In this document: positions 16,074-52,200 of the stretch, in pieces
How positions within the stretch are numbered: the stretch's first letter is position 1
How the letters are laid out: every line of letters begins with the position of its first letter
Assembly (NCBI GenBank): GCA_020137815.1
Contig: CM035362.1
Coordinates: forward strand, 5,952,001-6,016,000
Direction: 5' to 3'
Length of the DNA: 64,000 nucleotides
Source of the DNA: Hormiphora californensis
Taxonomy: Eukaryota; Animalia; Ctenophora
Notes under the pieces: generated by a model
Seen by the model: the letters and a program-made list of their open reading frames with translations, nothing else
Database searches by the model: none
What the model was told of the DNA's origin: nothing
Program-made: the position numbers and the translations under genes

Positions 16074-16472
16074 AGTATGCAGTATGCACTCAGCAGTTTT
16101 GGAGAAAGTACCACCACCACTATTCGTAGTGGCGTAACTTTGTCGGTGCGTCACTTGGCAAAGCGTCGTTAGGTGTATCAGGAGACAGACGGACACAGTG
16201 CTGATTTCTAAACCCCGAATGATATTATTAGCACACGTATACGACAGGGCAAAATGAACAATTTACGGTTGCTGAGTCAATCATAGGCAGTTGATTCCTA
16301 CTATTTGTGAAATATAATTTGTGTGTTGCGTCCTAAATACAGCTGCATTATTTTGTTAGGAAAACAATTAGATCTATACTCCATATTCTTTCTTGTTCAG
16401 TTGTTACTTATTATGTGTTTTTTCATTTTAATCTCCCGAACTAACGATCCCCTGATTATTCAAGGCAGGGAA

Positions 16473-40544
<24,072 letters not shown>

Positions 40545-41909
40545 AAACCATATTTGGGCATATATATTGCACTTCATGTTTTTGGGTCTGGATTTGTTTT
40601 TTTGGAGAGTGCAAGGAGGTGCTCGTGGGGAGGAATTTTGCGTTTTTATTTGGTAGGAGCTGGTCAGTTGCTATTTTCTAGTCTTCACGATGTGTTGTGT
40701 ATTTTGTGTGATAGATACTAGATAATACCAGAACGAAATTCTTATCAATTTGCATTTGCTCGTGGGTAGAAACTTCGCATATAAGTAGGCATCTAAAGTC
40801 GTTGATATATATTATAGCTGTCGAACTGTCTAGCGGCACGAGACAACTCTCAAAGAAAGTCAGTTGTGTAAGTTATTTTCATTTTTCATGTTGGTTAAAT
40901 GTACTATGAGTAATACTCATTGAGTATGTACAGTTAGTACTTGAAGCACTACATGCACTTCACGTTTTGAATTTGACTGCATTATAGAGTTGTACGAAGA
41001 GGATGGCTCTATACAGTTACACACTATACAGTTTTTGAAATCAAAGCCCAATCCTTCGGGTCAAGGCGACGCGATATCAAATGTATATGGGGCGTTGTTA
41101 AATATTATTGTGTGTGTGAGTGTGTTTTCAGTTTTTAGCTGTGATATTGTACATATATATTACCTTACCCAATTCCCTTGAACGGGGGTTCCTTAATTGA
41201 TAACACAACCCACAAAAATAATGTTGTTTAATTTTGTTATCACCGATGTAAGTTACAAACTCAATGACAGTGACATTGTTACATTGTCACAATGTCACTG
41301 CGTTTCATGAGTTTTCAGCCTGAAAATTTTAGCAGTGCATTCCAGACCAGACCCGGACCGGATCGGCCGATTTGGTTCGCTCCGGGCTCACTCTATCGCT
41401 GTCAGAGCATTTTATTTATTTATTTGCGAGAACTTAACTGTGGTCAGAGAATTGGCCTGACAGCTCTCTTGCACTCTCAAGCTCAGTCAGCTGTCTGGCT
41501 TTGTCTGCCCAGTCAGATAGGGTTGGCCCCGCCAAATTCAGCTCACTCTATCTTGTTGAGTGTTACATTAACTGTTTTATACTCAACAACTCAGGTTAAA
41601 CTTTACATTGTGATGTGGCGCACTGAATAATTCTTTATACTCTGCCGCGCGTTTCAGGTGCGCGTGATGCACTGTCCAACAGAATTTTATTTCATTCGCG
41701 CGGCGTCAAATTCAAAAGTTTGCTGTTTTCAGCGATCTTTTGTCTTGTCTTCCCTTTTATCTCCGTTTAAAGTCCGATTTTTTCCCCGCCCGGATTTTTT
41801 CCCCGCCCGGATGCCTTTTGTAAAAAGGCATAGGGGTTTAGAATTCGACAATTTTATTTTACATACTAGTGAAGTGTCACGCTTAAATCCTGTAACGTAA
41901 CCTCCTGAG

Positions 41910-42269
41910 TTGCTGTTTGGTCTCCAAGAAACAACCGATAGAGTAGCTAAAACTACTTTAGACGAACTTTTTGAGGAACTGCAAGAGAAACCGAAAGTGA
42001 CAACGATAAAACGCATCGGGGAAAGAAATGAGAAACGTCCTAGACCGCTCTTAGTATCCCTGGAGAGGAGAGCGACTCTCCTGGCGCTTCTCAAAAAAGC
42101 ACGAAACCTCAAAGACTCCAAACAGTTTTCGGCTGTTTATCTATCTCCGGATCTAACGCCCTCTGAACTGAAGGAGCAAAAAGCTCTCAGGTCCACTTTG
42201 AAACGGATACGACTAGAAGATCCAGACGGCTGCTATTTTATCCGTAACAATGTTATCCAAGTGGGATAG
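41910..42269 (+). pseudogene. CR1/L2-type LINE ORF1-like fragment
   Basis: LFGLQE..RIGERNEKRPRPLLVSL..LLKKARNLK..VYLSPDLTPSE, typical of the CR1/L2 ORF1 RRM-CTD region. No ORF2 follows. Confidence 0.7.
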
Positions 42270-44015
42270 TTCCCGACTAATTCACCGTTATCAGAGAACC
42301 GTGCTAGGAGCAGGCAGTCTGCTGCAGTCCCTTTCAAATGAAGGAAAACGAGTTGTCTGTAATTAAAACTGTGTCAGTGCGGGATATAAACTGTCATTTT
42401 TATTTTATTATTATTATTATTATCCAGTGCGGAATGCTGTCACTTACTGACTGAACACAACAGGAAGTTCGCGCGCATGTGCGCGGCGCCTTTATGTTGC
42501 ACTTGCAATTACAATTGTTCATAGATTTGTCATCGCGCCCTACGTCATTGTGCAATGAACATTGTTCTGCATTTGTGATCGGAACTGCGACTTATTATTA
42601 TTACTAGGATATCCTGTCAGGCCAATGCTCTGACCACAGAGAAGCGAGAATGGGTCAGGCCAATGCTCTGACAGAGGATATCACATAGCTCAGGCAACCC
42701 ATCAGCTATACCGGCTCACGTATCAGTGCCCAATTAGAAGCAGGTGTGGCAACTGGCACATGCCAGATCACATGGTTGGCGGGGAAATCAGGCGGTATGG
42801 CATTATACCGCAATTATTCTTGTTAATAATGCGAACCGGGGGCGCGCATTAATAATAACATAATTCGATTTGCACGTGCTTAATCCGGTTCCTGATAAGA
42901 TAGAGACTTTTCATTGGTCGCATTGGAAAGATAACAAGAATTATTGCATTATGTATTCATAATGCTGTGTTTCCCTGCCCTACCGTTTCTCATGTCATTG
43001 TCACTGCCAACAGGATCAAGGCTTGGTCATAATGTAATCTGAGATGCATACGATCTAACTGTCAGTATACTTCTCACATAGCTTAGAGTTAGCTAACTCC
43101 CAATCACATGACACTTGCTAACCAGCTTTTGACATTCCAACTTAACTACTTATCTAACATCTCACACTCGACTCGCAAGATGAAAATGTGTAAGTAACAT
43201 GCGAAACACGCGGCAGAGCATTTCATGTTTTGTTGAGTGGCGCGCACACACGTCCATCAAACTGTGTCAATGAGGTGTTTGATGAAGGAGTAGCTCGTCA
43301 CTGTGCGCACGGCTCTAGTTGCTACACCGTTGCCCTCGCAACGAAAGTGTGACCAAAAAATGTCCCTCTACCGATTAGTTAGTATACCAAAATGTCGTTT
43401 TCGAATTCTAACCCTGCTATGCCTTTTTACAAAGTAAAAAGGCATCCGGGTGAATGCCTTCGGCATTCACCCGGGCAGGGAAAAAATTTTCTCTTTCCAA
43501 CGCAACCAGGATCAAGTCTTTATCTTATCAGGAGCCAGAGATATGATCGAAACAACCGACAAAAAACTTTCCCACGGTGCGTGGGAATTTTTTGCGGTTC
43601 ACTTTATTAAAAATCAGACTATAATCGGTATGAGTGTCCATGGACACCCACGTGCGTAGTCCCTACAGCTCTCCCAATGTTCCAAAGGAGGTAGAACGCT
43701 CGAGCCGTACGCAGAAGCCAGAAACTATCACAGGGACGGCGCTCGTGGGTGTCCGGGTGGCGGGTGTCCCCGGACACCCATGCCAAAAAGACGGTTTCTG
43801 TTTTTTGCCAAGTTCTTGGAATTGTCAGGACTCCGTTTACTGACAGAGGTTTTGTCTGGTATCTCTGAAGGTACGAGAGTTACAAATGCTCCAATAGTCC
43901 AATGAACAATGAGAACACAAATCTGAATGGAGTTAGGGGTCATTGATCAACCGACCGATCTGTTACTCCCCAAGTTCATCTCTCATTCCCAAAAATATCC
44001 CATTATTAGCTGATT

Positions 44016-47000
44016 ATGGCAGTGAGTGGAACTGTTCTACGAGCAAAGGCTGTACTCCTAGGGGACCCAGGTGTGGGAAAAACATCTCTAACTTCAACCT
44101 TTCATAGCGAATCTGGAGGATTTCCTAAAGCCTATACTATGACGACAGGTATACTAAATTGTACATACATATAATCTTTCCCCCAAATATTTGGATCATG
44201 ATTGATCATGTGTACATTTTCAATTCCGCTAAATCGAACAACACCAAAAATGTTTGTTTATGATTTGACAAAGTAAAAATGAAAACAATTTTCAGATTAT
44301 TAATTGTTAGACAGCAATACATTATAGATAACAGCGGGTGGTTTACAACACATTCTTCCTTCTATCATTCGGTCGGCTTTGAGATTTTATGATATTAAAC
44401 ATTAGAACTAGTTTCCCGTTTATTTTCAATATCTTCACAGCGAAATACTGGATTCCTGATATCAGGAACCGACCGACACAAGTAAACAACCAATCAGAAC
44501 TCGTTATTTAGGTCACGTGACTGGTTATCAGCCAATCAGGGACCAGTATTTCCTGATTCGGTCGGTTCCTGCCTGATATTGTCTAGCACAACAACTTTTC
44601 TCGCACTGTGACTATTGTTTTTTAAAACAGATCCTCTACTCATGGCGATATAAATTATTGGATTCAAAGTAGAATTCAATGGCGCTAGAATGGTATATCC
44701 AAAAAATAGTAATATCATCAAACTTAAAGGTCTACTCTGCATCTGTATCTCAATAGATTGATCACTCAATCGATCCTTGTTCATAATTATTAACTGATTA
44801 CCTAAAAACACGAAAACCATGCTAAATAAACTGAAACCGTTCATAAACAAAACCCTGAGTGTGCTACGAAGGGACCGAGAACTGCTATTACGAACTGGGT
44901 TCAAGAATCTTTGGAAAAGATGAAACACAGTCATAGCACCACATACGGCACCGGCACTTTGAAATATCCAGCTAGGCACTGAATACACTATCTCTAAACT
45001 ATAAGACGAAATATAAAATGTATTGACGTGTAAACCCTCCTGAGGAAAACAAATTTGATTGTAATTCAGATGTACCAATTCGTTTGAAATGTAACCGGCA
45101 TAAAATGAGTAAAACCCTTGTACAAATGTCGTGATACCAAGACATACCCATAGGGAGCCGAAAAACGGTTTTCGTGATAACTCCCTAAAGGGGAATTTTA
45201 TCTGTAAGAATCTCGCTACTGTAAGATAGCTGGTAATGATAAGCGGGGCATCATAAACAAATTTGTATGCAAATGAGTAAAATAAGTTTCTGTCCGTGCA
45301 ATTTCGATTCAAGTAGTAATAATATTGATCTTCACATATGTCCGACTGTGTAATATCGTTAAAACAGTTTGGGTCTTTTTGTTTCCAAAGACCGACAGAC
45401 AATCCATAACCGATGATAGGACATGTGAAGAGATCGACAGTGCCGAGCACAAGGTAAAGATCTCGTGCGATTGATGATTTTTTCCGGTAGTTGTGTCGTA
45501 GTACTAGGAGATTGAGAGGAACTGCAATCACGACTAGCAGAATGAAGAAGATCATCAGTGGAAAATCTGGAATTGAAGTTCCTCCTTCACTAAAAATTGC
45601 CATGGTCTAAAAAGGGGAAATAAGAAAGTTTGTAAACATATTGCATAACTCATAACTGTATTGTATAACATAAGGGAATGGAACATAGAAATAGCAGACT
45701 GAATCAGTAGTATAATAGTAGTATAATATTATAGTAGTATAAGAGTATATATGATAGAGGGCGATCCTAGAGAAAGAGAGCTAATGGGACTCACCTGCCA
45801 TTATAACTGACTGGTGACTAGCTATGTTCTAACCCTCTTTTATCTCATATATAAGACTGTTATGTTATATGTCCTCTCCATCGCTGTGGGAGGAAGTCTT
45901 ACCCCAAAGGGTCTACTTAGATGCTCAAATTTGAGAGTCGTACCCACCATGAAAGCTCTAACACGCTTCAACACTTATCTCACTCTAGTCTAAAAATGTC
46001 TCTCACTTTCTGAAAGCCCAAAACGAGGATTTTTAAGACCATAAAAAGTGTCAAATGCGCCACATGTTAAAATTTGCACGTTATTTGGGGCCTGACAATA
46101 AATCGAGCAGCGTGTGAGATGTTACAGACATGGTGTCTGACAACCTGCTTTAAGTGGATATTGTATTAAATATACACTAAACTGCTGTTATGTAGACATC
46201 ACCCACTTCATACACACACACATCACCCACACACTTGATCAGACCTGTACGACAGGTTATTGATCACCGACCGTATAATATATACATAACTGTACGAGAG
46301 AGCCATCGCCCATCACAATTGCACTGGTATCGTGCAGGGATCCTAAGATCATGATAATATGTCGTGATTTACAATTAACTGCTATAGTGAAGTAGTGAAC
46401 AATGAACAGTTGGGCTATAGCAGTAAATCACGACATATTAATTGTAACCTGCATTACATTCGTCGAGCCGGGGAGAGGTGCCTGCCGGCACCTAAATATT
46501 GCCTAGCTAGACTGTGTTTTGTGTGTGTGAGGTTCTTTGATTGACCCCGCAAAAGGAGGGTTAGAACATAACAAGAGATGTATGTGCTATAACACCGGTG
46601 TGTATCTGTATATCGTGCCCCATCAAGTTTTTCAACTCAATTTGACTTTCTACACAACACAATCAAACTTTCACAGTTCAACAAGTAACAACAAAACGAT
46701 ATCACAGGTACAACACAACTCATTATAACCCTTCAAATATATATGTTACCTAAGCAACTCCAGACATAACTGAAGAGATAATTAAAGAGAAACAACGATT
46801 ATAACAAGATATATATATATGTTTAAAGAGGTACTAGAGAGAGAGAGAGCTCAAATGGGCATGTATGAGATCAGGATTATTGTAGAAAAAGATTCTAACA
46901 CTATTGTAATAGAGTTGCCTAGCTCGACCCCCTTTTCGCAAGCTCCTCGAAATGTTAAGGAGGGTTAGAACATAACAATAATAATTAATGATTTAAATAG

Positions 47001-48060
47001 AGGTGGACTGACTATTATTCCCAACCTATAATTATTTGTGTTTTAATGGCCAGGGGTCATGAATGATGATATCTTATTTGCCCCTCTTCCCCTTGCCTTG
47101 CTGGACCCTGTTTCAGTACCGTACACCGAAAGAATAATTATTGAACAAAACAACATTTCCCGTGGAACGCTCTTAACATCCGCCCCATAGCATAAACCTG
47201 GTTTTTCTGGAAAGGAGAATAGCACCAAACACCAATTTAAACTAAATAACATGATTTTATAAAACACTGACAATCATCACTTACAGGTGTTCAGTTGGCA
47301 GTTAAAAGTGTGAAAATCCCTGACTCGCCCTATACTGTCGAGATGTTCGTATACGACTGTGCAGGACAAGAAACTTTCACTCCCTACGTGTCAAAAGTGC
47401 TGGGAAGCTCTGCGCTGGTGATGATTGTATTTGATGTGTGTAGTGAACCGTCCCTCAGTGCCGCTGTAAAGTGGTTTGAAAGGGTCAAGGGCGCTAACAA
47501 AGATTTCAAGGTCAGTAGATTTAGAATCTAAGGTCACTTTTTAGTTTCTTAATAGTAAATTCTACATTACACGAGTCCTAGTATTATAACTGAAATCAAT
47601 ATTTCATCAGAATAACAATCTATTTTATGCAATCAGTCAATCGATCCAATTAAGAATTACAATATATTTTATTGTAACAGCACTGCAGAATATAACAATT
47701 TCTATTATTGTCTCCAGATGCATGCCGTGCTAGTAGGAAACAAGAAATACTGGTCCCTGATTGGCTGATAACCAGTCACGTGACCTAAATAACGAGTTCT
47801 GATTGGTTGTTTACTAACTCTAAACCCTGCTCCAGATGCATGCCGTGCTGGTAGGAAACAAGACAGATCTTGAGCTACGAAGGACCGTTCCAAAATCAGA
47901 AGCAGAGGAGGCAGCCTCCAAACTGGGTTTACCCTACTTTGAATGCTCCGCAAAAGAAGGAGTAAATATAGACGATCCATTCTACTTTCTAGCCAACTGT
48001 CTATACGAACAGTACGTTGAGCAAACACAGGAATTCCAGGAGATAGCAAATGAAGTTTGA
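44016..48060 (+). CDS. IFT27: Intraflagellar transport protein 27 (RABL4). Exons 44016-44148, 47287-47510, 47836-48060
   Basis: VLRAKAVLLGDPGVGKT, FPKAYTMTTGV, VKSVKIPD..VEMFVYDCAGQE, LVGNKTDL, YFECSAKE. There is no C-terminal prenylation cysteine. Confidence 0.9.
44395..45603 (-). CDS. Rhodopsin-like GPCR nested antisense in IFT27 intron 1. It ends at 44536 if unspliced, or at 44395 if the MITE is spliced out
   Basis: 355-aa ORF with 7 hydrophobic segments, LTVARFLQIKFPF and NSTLNPIIY. An acceptor lies directly before the ATG. Confidence 0.85.
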
Positions 48061-48565
48061 GGGAAAATGTCCTGTGTGTGTGTTTGGCGATATAAGTTCA
48101 ATATAACGATAATGGAACATTGTTTTACTTATTTGATGCTGTTGTTGGGTACGAGGTCGCCCCTTTTTCCCTCCCTCCTGTGATGTGCTCTCTCGACGAG
48201 ATGTTGCAGTACGAGAGGGTGGGTACATTAGCTATGTTGTTGGGATGTGTCTATAATTGTGGTTCAGAGTATGATGACATGATGACATGACATGTTATTG
48301 TAATATGGCTGGTCCAATTGATATAATTTGGGAGTTGACCAATTACCAGTAGTCGTGGTATTCCCCCCCCCCCTTGTAAAGTATATCTCAGTCTCACCCA
48401 CCTCCCCTCCCCCAACTGCCCCAAGCAACAATACAGTGGCAATGTCTCACCACTCCTCAACATGTCCTAACCACGCCCTAAAACACCCCTAACCACGTCC
48501 TAAAACACACCTAACCACGTCCTAAAACACCCCTAACCACGTCCTAAAACACCCCTAACCACTAT

Positions 48566-49147
48566 TGGTGGGCGGACTCTAGTGCTAACGGACTCTTTAT
48601 CTAAATCCAAGGCGGACTCTATATCTAAAAACGGACTCTTTATCTACAGTTAGATTTTGAAAAAAGTTTAGATAAAGAGTCCTCCCTGTGTAGACTTTTT
48701 AGATAAAGAGTCCGCCCTGTGTAGAATTTTTAGATATAGAGTCCTCTAGTACATTTTGGCGCCAAATCCTCCAACCCGGACTCTATGTCTAAAATCCTAA
48801 CCCAACCCAAAACCTAACCCTAACACTAACCCTAACCCTAACCTCGAACCCAAATAACGGCCCTAACACTTCTAAATTAGTATAGGGGTAGAGCAAACTC
48901 TCGTTTCCGGCCTAACGGCCGAAATCTCGAGTTCGCGGCGAAAGGCGGACTCTATATCTAATTTAGATTTATGTAGATATAGAGTCCACTTTGTTTAGAC
49001 TTTTTAGATAAAGAGTCCGCCCTGTGTAGACTTTTTAGATAAAGAGTCCTCCTAGAGTTTAGACTTATTTGGACTCTTTATCTAAATCTAAATTTAGATA
49101 TAGAGTCCACTGTAGACTTAGAGTGTAGCACTAGAGTCCGCACACCA
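48566..49147. mobile_element. TIR element with GGACTCT(A/T)TATCTA sub-repeats and a central CCCTAA tract; second copy at 51395-53367
   Basis: TGGTGGGCGGACTCTAGTGCTA ... TAGCACTAGAGTCCGCACACCA. CCACTAT is duplicated on both sides of copy 1. Confidence 0.8.
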
Positions 49148-49200
49148 CCACTATTATGTAGCAGTATATGAAGACATAGTGATTGTATGATGAAGTGAGG

Positions 49201-52200
49201 ATGTCTGCGTTACTTTACATCAAGCACTGGGACGACAGGTGCAGCGTTGTAGATGAGGTACATAATACACATACATAATACACAATACACATACACAATA
49301 CACATACATAATACACATGTACACAATACACAATACACATACACAATACACATACATAATACACATACATAATACACATACATAATACACATACATAATA
49401 CACATACATAATACAGATACAAAATACACATACATAATACACATACATAATATACATACATAATACGCATACATAATACACATACATAATACACATACAT
49501 AATACACATACATAATACACAATACACATATATCCAGCTTTTAAGGCCAGAGGGGGGGTCCGAGGGTCAAAAAATGCACTTTTCTGAGATTTACATATGT
49601 GATGTAACTCGGAGGTAGGAAAGTTTTGGATAGGGTAGCTGCACACCAAGTGTATCAGGAGGCCCTGTTTTTTGAGGTTAACTTTTCGCCCAAAATGAAT
49701 GTAAACCTCAAAAAAGCTTGTATTTGTGTCACCTACACAGATGAAAATGGTACCAATCGATAGATCTTATCAAGGAGACCAAGTATTCAAAGTTTCAGAG
49801 GTCTAAGCCATATAGTTGTTCAGATATTTGAGGTTAACATATCTCCCAAAAAACAACCTTTTGTTGGATAACTTGAGGTCCACAATTTCACTTTGTGCAC
49901 CACTTCCTGAAGAGACGGCTAGGACCTGGGCCTTGAAACTTGGCAGTTATGATCCTGAGATGGTGAACTAAAAATCTGGTGTAGCGATTTTTGATTTAGG
50001 CCCTAGTTCCTGAAATATTGAGGTTAACATTTGAAAAAGCTTGATTTTTGAAACGTTAACCTCAATATTTCAGGAACTAGGGCCTAAATCAAAAATCGCT
50101 ACACCAGATTTTTAGTTCACCATCTCAGGATCATAACTGCCAAGTTTCAAGGCCCAGGTACTAGCCGTCTCTTCAGGAAGTGGTGCATAAAGTGAAAAAA
50201 ATGTTCTGAAATATTCAACAAAAGGTTGTTTTTTGGGAGATATGTTAACCTCAAATATCTGAACAACTATATGGCTTAAAGCTCTGAAACTTTGAACACT
50301 TGGTCTCCTTGATAAGATCTATCGATTGGTACCATTTTCATCTGTGTAGGTGACGTTAATACAAGCTTTTTTGAGGTTTACATTCATTTTGGGCGAAAAG
50401 TTAACCTCAATTTTCTCCTTAACGGTGCGCGCTAAAACGATTCCAACTATTTCATCTGATCCGGCTCTTCGAGCCGGACCAAACCCCGAAAGTGACTTTT
50501 TAGACCCCCCGACCCCCCCTCTGGCCTTAAAACCAATTGGGCAATTGGAGTCCCTGGTTCAATTCCCGGTCAAACCCAATGGCCAATATTTTTCGATTTT
50601 CTTCCTATTTAATTCTTGCTCAGATCTCATTATTCAGAACGTTCAGATCGTTACGTCATGATGAAGAAAAATTGTTAATGTCAACCAGTTATAATTATAA
50701 CCCCTCTCTCCAGGTGTTCAAAGCAGCGAGGGAAGCGGAGGAAAATAGGAAGCGAGAGTATGACGCTGCCATCCATATTCAGGCCGTTATGAGGGGTGTA
50801 AGATTGAGGCAATTTGTGAAATATCTCCACATGTGCGCTGTCAGAATACAGGTATGAGTGCAGGAACCGACCGAATCAGGAAATACTGGTCCCTGATTGG
50901 CTGATAACCAGTCACGTGACCTAAATAACGAGTTCTGATTGGTTGTTTACTTGTTTCGGTCGGTTCCTGTATGAGTGTCACGTGACACGTCTCTTGCTCG
51001 ACCCCGTGCAAATGTAAAGGAGGGTTAGAACATAACAAACGACTCTAGGGGGTAGGGGGAATTCTAGCCTTGGACAATTTCACAATTTGTCTCTATAGTG
51101 TTCAAAGTTTGTTTCCTAATTCAGATGGCATGGAGAGGATACCTCGGCAGGAAATCATACTACAAGCAGCTTGCTATCAAAGTGGAGCAGCAGCAATTGA
51201 ATTGCTATCACGCAATGGCAACGAAAATCAAAGCGATTTGGAAAGGTCACTATGTGCGAACCCGGGTTTACGACTTTTATGGAATGAAGAGGTGAGTCAG
51301 TGGTAGAAGCTGTATTGAGAATTGCCAGAGGGTGTCCAAGGGTAAAAAAGTGCACTTTTCTGAGGTTTACATATGTGCATTATATGTTTCCATATGGTGG
51401 GCGGACTCTAGTGCTAACGGACTCTTTATCTAAATCCAAGGCGGACTCTATATCTAAAAACGGACTCTTTATCTACAGTTAGACTTTGAAAAAAGTTTAG
51501 ATAAAGAGTCCTCCCTGTGTAGACTTTTTAGATAAAGAGTCCGCCCTGTGTAGAATTTTTAGATATAGAGTCCTCTAGTACATTTTGGCGCCAAATCCTC
51601 CAACCCGGACTCTATGTCTAAAATCCTAACCCTAACACTAACCCTAACCCTAACCTCGAACCCAAATAACGGCCCTAACACTTCTAAATTAGTATAGGGG
51701 TAGAGCAAACTCTCGTTTCCGGCCTAACGGCCGAAATCTCGAGTTCCCGGCGAAAGGCGGACTCTATATCTAATTTAGACTTATGTAGATATATACCCTG
51801 CTAACTTAAATAACCCGCCAGTGGCGAGAAGTCCCACTAGCGCGCTCTCAATAAACAGCCAGTCCAGCGGCAGATTATTTCCCACTGGCAGGTTATTTAT
51901 TTTGAACTCCTATGTAACATTCAAAGTGTGTGTAAATGATCAGTTCTTACTAAAATACAGAGGGAACACTATGTGCAACACTTACACACTACATTGGAGA
52001 GAAAGAAAGGACACATTCCGTCAATTACTCTCTCTTTATCTCCCCTTTTGTCTCACTATCTCTTCCTCTGTGTTATGTGTGACATGCCCCTTATCAGGCT
52101 ATTTCTTTCACTCTCTTTCCTTAGCAACAGCTTAGTAACTGTTACCAAACAGTGTACACTCAATTGTGGGGTGTTTTTAACTATTTCTCAGTTCACTTTG

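Noticed and set aside
48795-48845. CCCTAA telomere-like repeats
   Set aside because: Short, degenerate and internal to a transposon present twice; not a telomere.
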